Source: Gammaproteobacteria bacterium (lineage in GTDB: Bacteria; Pseudomonadota; Gammaproteobacteria; S012-40). From it: 32,000 nucleotides of DNA. Position 1 is the first letter of the stretch. Each line of letters begins with the position of its first letter. The notes beneath the pieces are model-generated. The model saw nothing but the letters and a program-made list of their open reading frames with translations, searched no databases and was not told where the DNA came from. A program made the position numbers and the translations under genes. Positions 27,105 through 32,000 of the stretch are shown here, piece by piece. Location: positions 53,313 through 85,312 of the forward strand of contig JAOUMY010000004.1 in the NCBI GenBank assembly GCA_029881255.1, in the 5' to 3' direction.

Positions 27105-27881
27105 ATGACCAATAAATGCGATTTGTCTTTTCAACAAAAAAATCTATTTCAACAGGGATATCAATCATATACACCTGCTGAGCTCAAGCAGATACAATGG
27201 GGACTGCGTTTTACCCCTGCGGTGTGTACGCTTATAACTATTTATGCCTTGTTTACACAATCACCAATACTACTGTTCCTCGTAGCCTTCCTGGGCATGT
27301 GGGCCTTCTTTTTTCCTGCCGGTCACCCAATGGATTTAATATACAACCACGGGGTACGTAAACTGTTCGATGCTGTCGCACTACCACCTAATCCCTTTCA
27401 GCGTCGTTTGGCATGTTTCGCAGCGGGAATTATGAACACCACCGCAGCAGTATTTTTCCTACTGGAGATGCCGGTCGCCGCTATAGTGACTGGTGGTATG
27501 CTGGTGGCTCTTCAACTTATTGTTATATTTACGCATTTTTGCACTTTGTCGTGGATGTACGAAGGCCTTATGCGCTTGCTAGGACGCTGGTCGGTACCCG
27601 TAGAACCTGAAAAAGCGAAAGCCCTGCTATCCCTGGACGCGATGTTAGTTGACGTTCGTGGTCCTGATGAATTCGCGGCAGAGCATTTGTACAGCGCAAC
27701 CAATCTTCCTCTGGAAAAACTGGATCACTGTATTGACGCATTAAAGGGAAAGCCGATACTGGTCTATTGCGCTAGTGGCACTCGTAGTCAGATTGCCAGC
27801 CAAAAGTTAAAGCAATACGGTGTCGATGTGTATGATCTGGGTAGCCTGACACGTGCCAAAGATGTGTTAGAAGAAGCTTAA
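27105..27881 (+). CDS. Membrane domain (DUF4395-like) fused to C-terminal rhodanese domain
   Basis: Multiple hydrophobic segments, then AMLVDVRGPDEFAAEHLYSATNLPLEKLDHCIDALKGKPILVYCASGTRSQIASQKLKQYGVDVYDLG (active-site Cys loop CASGTRS). Confidence 0.85.
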   Translation: MTNKCDLSFQQKNLFQQGYQSYTPAELKQIQWGLRFTPAVCTLITIYALFTQSPILLFLVAFLGMWAFFFPAGHPMDLIYNHGVRKLFDAVALPPNPFQRRLACFAAGIMNTTAAVFFLLEMPVAAIVTGGMLVALQLIVIFTHFCTLSWMYEGLMRLLGRWSVPVEPEKAKALLSLDAMLVDVRGPDEFAAEHLYSATNLPLEKLDHCIDALKGKPILVYCASGTRSQIASQKLKQYGVDVYDLGSLTRAKDVLEEA

Positions 27882-27907
27882 GTCAGTAGCGAGAATCCCA
27901 TGGAGCC

Positions 27908-27945
27908 AAAGGCTGGTGATATTCACCGGCCTTTTTCCTTTTTAA
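27908..27945 (+). terminator. Rho-independent terminator downstream of the rhodanese gene
   Basis: AAAGGCTGGTGA (27908-27919), loop TAT, TCACCGGCCTTT (27923-27934): 12-bp stem with one G.U pair, followed by T-rich TTTTCCTTTTT. Confidence 0.88.
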
Positions 27946-28053
27946 GGCCAAAGAACGGCTTGAAATTTGAAGACGTCTACCTACAATGGGGGGCAATTCA
28001 GCCACTCGGCCAGGTCATAGCCCTGGAGCCGGTAGTATTAAGGCGGGGAGAAA

Positions 28054-28413
28054 ATGAAAAAAGTATTGGTCTTGTTGGTTGCCGGTTTATTAGCCACCTC
28101 TGTGTTTGCACATGAAGGACACAAAGGTCATGGCAGCGGCAATCCGTATAAGGACTTCGATATACCCATCGAGCAGAAAGACGCAGAGACTTTTGCCAAG
28201 TCAGTCATTGATCGGTTGGTGGAAAAGAAGAAGATATCTGAATCGTGGCGCAATGCCGGATTTCTAGGGGCCACGCAAAAGGTGTTCAAAGACCAGCCTG
28301 AGTGGGTGGTCAGCTACAAGAATGTGTCGATCAAAGAGGAATCAAAACAGGTGCTATATGTGTTTCTATCCACATATGGCGAGTTTTTGGGGATCAACTA
28401 CACAGGTGAGTAA
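28054..28413 (+). CDS. Small exported protein with His-rich N-terminus
   Basis: MKKVLVLLVAGLLATSVFA signal peptide, HEGHKGHGSGNPYKDFDIPIEQKDAETFAKSVI; RBS-like GGGGAG upstream. Confidence 0.78.
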   Translation: MKKVLVLLVAGLLATSVFAHEGHKGHGSGNPYKDFDIPIEQKDAETFAKSVIDRLVEKKKISESWRNAGFLGATQKVFKDQPEWVVSYKNVSIKEESKQVLYVFLSTYGEFLGINYTGE

Positions 28414-28424
28414 TACACCACGCT

Positions 28425-29279
28425 ATGTTCGAACCACCTGAAACACAAGTTCCAGAAATTACTATAAAAGTGAATCCCGAGGATGTCGGTTTGCTAAGCG
28501 ACTTCCTAGTCAATCACACCGAAATCGCCAAGCGGCGCATCAAGGATGCCATCAGTAAAGGCGCAGTCTGGATCAAGCGCGGTAGAAGTGCACCTCGCCG
28601 CGTACGTCGCGCAAATTTCATGCTACGACCAAATGATCAAGTGTCATTATTCTATGATGAAGCCTTTCTTAGCCGTAGTATTCCCAGAGCCCTGTGCGTG
28701 GCTGACATGAAACACTACAGTGTTTGGTTCAAGCCAATGGGGCTGGGCATGGAAGGCGGTAAATATGGCGATCACCTTTCCCTTCGGCGTCAGGTAGAAG
28801 TTTTTTTCGATCCGTTTCGTGAAGTTCATTTCGTGCAGAGTCTTGATTACAGGCATTCAGGATTGCTTGTGGTTGCTCATTCCAATTCGGCGGCGACTAA
28901 ATTGGGCGTGCTGGCGGCGCGACATCGAATTCAGACCACTTATCGCATTTTAGTGGAAGGCGAGTTCTCAAAGGACGATCAAAACGGCACTATAGACACC
29001 GATATTGAGGGTAAGCCGGCAAAAACGAGCTACTGCGTGCAGCACTATGATCATGATCGAGATGTGTCTACAGTCGAGGTCAAGGTTAACAATTTACGTG
29101 AAAGCCAGTTCGATATACATTTTGCGTCAATCGGCCACCCGGTGGTGGATAATTTAGCACCGGACGGCGTGGTAGCTGACACCGAGGGGTCTATGCTTGG
29201 AGTAGAGTTAAGCTTTGAATGCCCTATATTGAAGAAGGATATGATGTTCGCACTGGATGAAAAACATCAGTATTTGTAG
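28425..29279 (+). CDS. Divergent RluA-family pseudouridine synthase
   Basis: S4-like N-terminus; VQSLDYRHSGLLVVAHS replaces the usual HRLDxxTSGLLLLAK, with the Asp (D141, codon 28845-28847) retained; C-terminal NLRESQFDIHFASIGHPVVDN. Confidence 0.75.
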   Translation: MFEPPETQVPEITIKVNPEDVGLLSDFLVNHTEIAKRRIKDAISKGAVWIKRGRSAPRRVRRANFMLRPNDQVSLFYDEAFLSRSIPRALCVADMKHYSVWFKPMGLGMEGGKYGDHLSLRRQVEVFFDPFREVHFVQSLDYRHSGLLVVAHSNSAATKLGVLAARHRIQTTYRILVEGEFSKDDQNGTIDTDIEGKPAKTSYCVQHYDHDRDVSTVEVKVNNLRESQFDIHFASIGHPVVDNLAPDGVVADTEGSMLGVELSFECPILKKDMMFALDEKHQYL

Positions 29280-29416
29280 GTGAAAGTGCGTAAATAGTTC
29301 TTGGGCGTTGGATTTACACAATCTCACTGTGTTAACTGGTCGACGATATAACCGATAACAAATTAACACGGTTTCGTATCGTGCATTTCATAGTAGCTGA
29401 GTAGAAAGATATCGTT

Positions 29417-29770
29417 ATGGATAGTGCAACCCAGGAAAAAATTCTCGCTAGCGTCAAGGTGTTACAAGATAAATTCCGTTCGAATCTTCGCGAACGATTT
29501 GATGCAGTGGAAGAAAATTTGCGTCAGGCCGTACAGGATGCGCAGAACGGCGATATTCAAAAAGAACTGTATCGAAGTGTACATAGCATGGCTGGCTCAT
29601 CTGGTACGTTTGGTTTGCCTGAAGTGGGAGACTCTGCCCGCCAATTGTTAAACGCAATCAAAGACTGGCAACAAATCTGCGCACAAGAACCCGGGGCATC
29701 GCTGGTTGAAGAGATCAATGTCCGGCTTGAGGCTTTGCGACAGGTCGTAGATCAAAACGCGGGCAATTAA
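29417..29770 (+). CDS. HPt (histidine phosphotransfer) domain protein
   Basis: ELYRSVHSMAGSSGTFGLPEVGDSARQLLNAI (HSxxGSSGTFG). Confidence 0.85.
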   Translation: MDSATQEKILASVKVLQDKFRSNLRERFDAVEENLRQAVQDAQNGDIQKELYRSVHSMAGSSGTFGLPEVGDSARQLLNAIKDWQQICAQEPGASLVEEINVRLEALRQVVDQNAGN

Positions 29771-29951
29771 GTCATCTACGATAAACTGGACTTGTCCTTT
29801 CTGATAATCATTATTTCATCTAGGTCATCTAAGTTTCCGTCTGAAAAATAAGGTAGAAAATCGGCCTTTATAAGGCATTACTGATACGTTTTCCGATATT
29901 TATCGGTTAGAATCCCTTTCTAGCGTATAAGTATTTTAATGTGGCAAAGAC

Positions 29952-32000
29952 ATGCGAGACTCATCAAACCTGGCTAAACTCAGTCCGCCCAGGGCCAACC
30001 GGATCATGCCAAGAGAGCGACTCTTCAAGCGCTTGACTGAATCCGTTGACGGTTCGGCATGCGTTTGGCTAAGTGGGCCTGCTGGTTCAGGTAAGAGCAG
30101 CCTGGTGAGTAGCTATTTAAAACGTCGTCGCACTAAAGCACTATGGTATAACTTCGATGAAGGCGATACCGACGCAGCAACTTTTTTTTACTACCTCAGT
30201 ACGGCAGCGCGAGGCCTGTTAGGTGAAACTGAAGCAGTTTTGCCGCACCTGGCCCCAGAGTATCTTCCCAAGATCAATATCTTTGCGCGGCGATATTTTG
30301 AAAAACTTTACAGTATTCTGCCGCAACCAACTACTCTGGTTTTTGAAAATTGTCAGGAAATTCCAGCAGATTCTGTCATATTCGAAATTCTGGCCATTGC
30401 CATTTCTGTTCTTCCGGAAAAAATGAATTTGTTGTTTACCAGCCGCAACGAATTACCGCCGCAAATATCACATTTGAAAATGCGCTACTCGATTGAAGCC
30501 ATTCATAGTTCGGAATTACGTTTTAATCGTGAAGAGGCTTTTGAATTTGCTAAGACTCAGCTCGGTGAAGTGGAAAGCTCCCAGCTTGCGACATTGATCG
30601 ATCAAATTGACGGTTGGGCGTCAGGTCTTGTGTTGCTAATTGATCAGCTTAAATCCGGTAAGAGTGCAATCCAATTAGGTGATGCGTTGGCAGAGTTGAC
30701 TGACACAACATTCAGCTATTTTGCCAGCGAGTATTTTGCCAGTGCAGGAGAAGAAGTTCGTGAATTTCTGTTGCGGACCTCCTGGCTACCATTGATGACG
30801 TCATCCATGGCCATGGAATTAAGCGGATACTCTGACGCAGAAAGTATTTTGACCGGCTTGGTAAACAGTAATTTCTTTATCGAAAGACATAGAACCGGCG
30901 AAACCGTTTACCGTTTTCACGCCTTGTTCAGGCAGTTTTTACAGAACGAATCGGTGAAGCACTATAGTTCCGAAACCTTGGATGAGATTCGCAAACTGGC
31001 GTCGCGGCTTTTGGTTAAACAGGGCATGAGCGAGCTAGCGTTTGATTTAATGGCTGACACGCAGGACTGGTCCTACCTTTTGAGAGAAACTCTGCGCCTG
31101 GCGCCTATGTTCGTTTCGCAGGGCCGACATCAAACGCTACATAAATGGCTGAATAAGGCGCCGGAAAGTTTTGTTGAACAATCTCCGTGGGCAGGATATT
31201 GGTTTGCCAAGAGTATTCTTTATCGGGATATCAAGCTTGCTAGAAATCATCTTGAAAAAAGTTTTAATTTGTTCACCAATAGACAGGATTATCACGGGCA
31301 ACTTGTTTCTTGGATTGGAATCGTCGAAACCTTTTTTTACGAGTGGGGCGATGTCCATCAGTTGGATAACTGGTTGGCAACGTTTTTCGATATGTACAAA
31401 CCCGACGTCTCTATAGGTAATAGTGATTTAGAAGCCGGTGTCGCTTTGGGTGTGTTTACCGCGATGTTTCTGCGCTGTCCAGAGCACGAAAAAATGGGAT
31501 ATTGGGAAGATCGCTTGCTTGGTATGCTGCAACAAAGTCTTCCACTTTCGATAAAGCTTAATATTGCAAACACGCTACTATTCCATTTTATCTGGTATAG
31601 CGGAAACCGAGGTAAGGCGACGCTAGTTATCGAAAGCATGCCGGCAAACATCGATACCAGTTCGGAAATAGAACCTCTTCTACAAACTATGTGGATTGCG
31701 CACCAAGCGTCTTACAAGTGTTGGTTTTCAGATAAACGGCAAGATATATATGGCGATATTGATCGCACGCTGGAACTAGCGAGGCATCATGGCATTCACA
31801 TTGCCGATTCGCTGGCCTTAATTGTTGGCGCATGTACGGCATTTATGGACGGTCAGTTGGAGAAAGGGCATGAGTTTATACGCGGCGCGCGAGATGCTCT
31901 AAATAGTAACAGGCGTGTAGACCTATCTCTTTATCATCAATATATGGCGTGGGAGTACTGGCTGGATAAAAAATGGTCCGATGCCTTGGCCCATGTCAGT
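29952..32000 (+). CDS. MalT/LuxR-type STAND ATPase regulator (C-terminus beyond window)
   Basis: Open frame from ATG 29952 to window end (683 codons), absent from the track because it runs off the edge. LSPPRANRIMPRERLFKRL, Walker A WLSGPAGSGKSSLVSSYL, ALWYNFDEGDTDAATFFYYL, FVFENCQ-type Walker B region (TLVFENCQEI), TPR-like helices after. Confidence 0.85.
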   Translation, partial: MRDSSNLAKLSPPRANRIMPRERLFKRLTESVDGSACVWLSGPAGSGKSSLVSSYLKRRRTKALWYNFDEGDTDAATFFYYLSTAARGLLGETEAVLPHLAPEYLPKINIFARRYFEKLYSILPQPTTLVFENCQEIPADSVIFEILAIAISVLPEKMNLLFTSRNELPPQISHLKMRYSIEAIHSSELRFNREEAFEFAKTQLGEVESSQLATLIDQIDGWASGLVLLIDQLKSGKSAIQLGDALAELTDTTFSYFASEYFASAGEEVREFLLRTSWLPLMTSSMAMELSGYSDAESILTGLVNSNFFIERHRTGETVYRFHALFRQFLQNESVKHYSSETLDEIRKLASRLLVKQGMSELAFDLMADTQDWSYLLRETLRLAPMFVSQGRHQTLHKWLNKAPESFVEQSPWAGYWFAKSILYRDIKLARNHLEKSFNLFTNRQDYHGQLVSWIGIVETFFYEWGDVHQLDNWLATFFDMYKPDVSIGNSDLEAGVALGVFTAMFLRCPEHEKMGYWEDRLLGMLQQSLPLSIKLNIANTLLFHFIWYSGNRGKATLVIESMPANIDTSSEIEPLLQTMWIAHQASYKCWFSDKRQDIYGDIDRTLELARHHGIHIADSLALIVGACTAFMDGQLEKGHEFIRGARDALNSNRRVDLSLYHQYMAWEYWLDKKWSDALAHVS

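Overview
The window looks like a proteobacterial (probably gammaproteobacterial) chromosome segment, densely coded, with no rRNA, tRNA, CRISPR or transposase that I could recognise. The main discovery candidate is a tight same-strand gene run at 9698..16735. It encodes a Sel1-repeat/SPOR protein, a MotA-like channel protein, a MotB/OmpA-like protein with the conserved TM aspartate, a predicted periplasmic/outer-membrane barrel-like protein, and a TPR lipoprotein. The last gene encodes one ~702-aa polypeptide that reads as a natural fusion of a FliF C-terminal region (RBM3-like part, second TM, FliG-binding tail) to a FliG-like rotor region. No flagellar rod, hook, export or filament gene is visible around it, so I propose a non-flagellar ion-driven motor (stator plus membrane-anchored rotor). 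Other content: a Kelch/Big_2 lipoprotein (truncated by the window start), a TlpA-like thioredoxin, a 2-hydroxyacid dehydrogenase plus DUF3445/HODM-like pair, an AEC transporter/LLM flavin oxidoreductase/SDR run facing an AurF-like diiron oxygenase, a tandem DUF1538 pair with P-II-like and CBS proteins, a PilZ-like protein, a MrfA/MrfB (YprA/YprB)-like pair, a cNMP-binding SpoIIE-type phosphatase, a membrane-rhodanese fusion followed by a strong intrinsic terminator, a divergent RluA-type pseudouridine synthase, an HPt protein, and a MalT-like STAND ATPase truncated by the window end. All family assignments come from reading motifs by eye. No database search was run.
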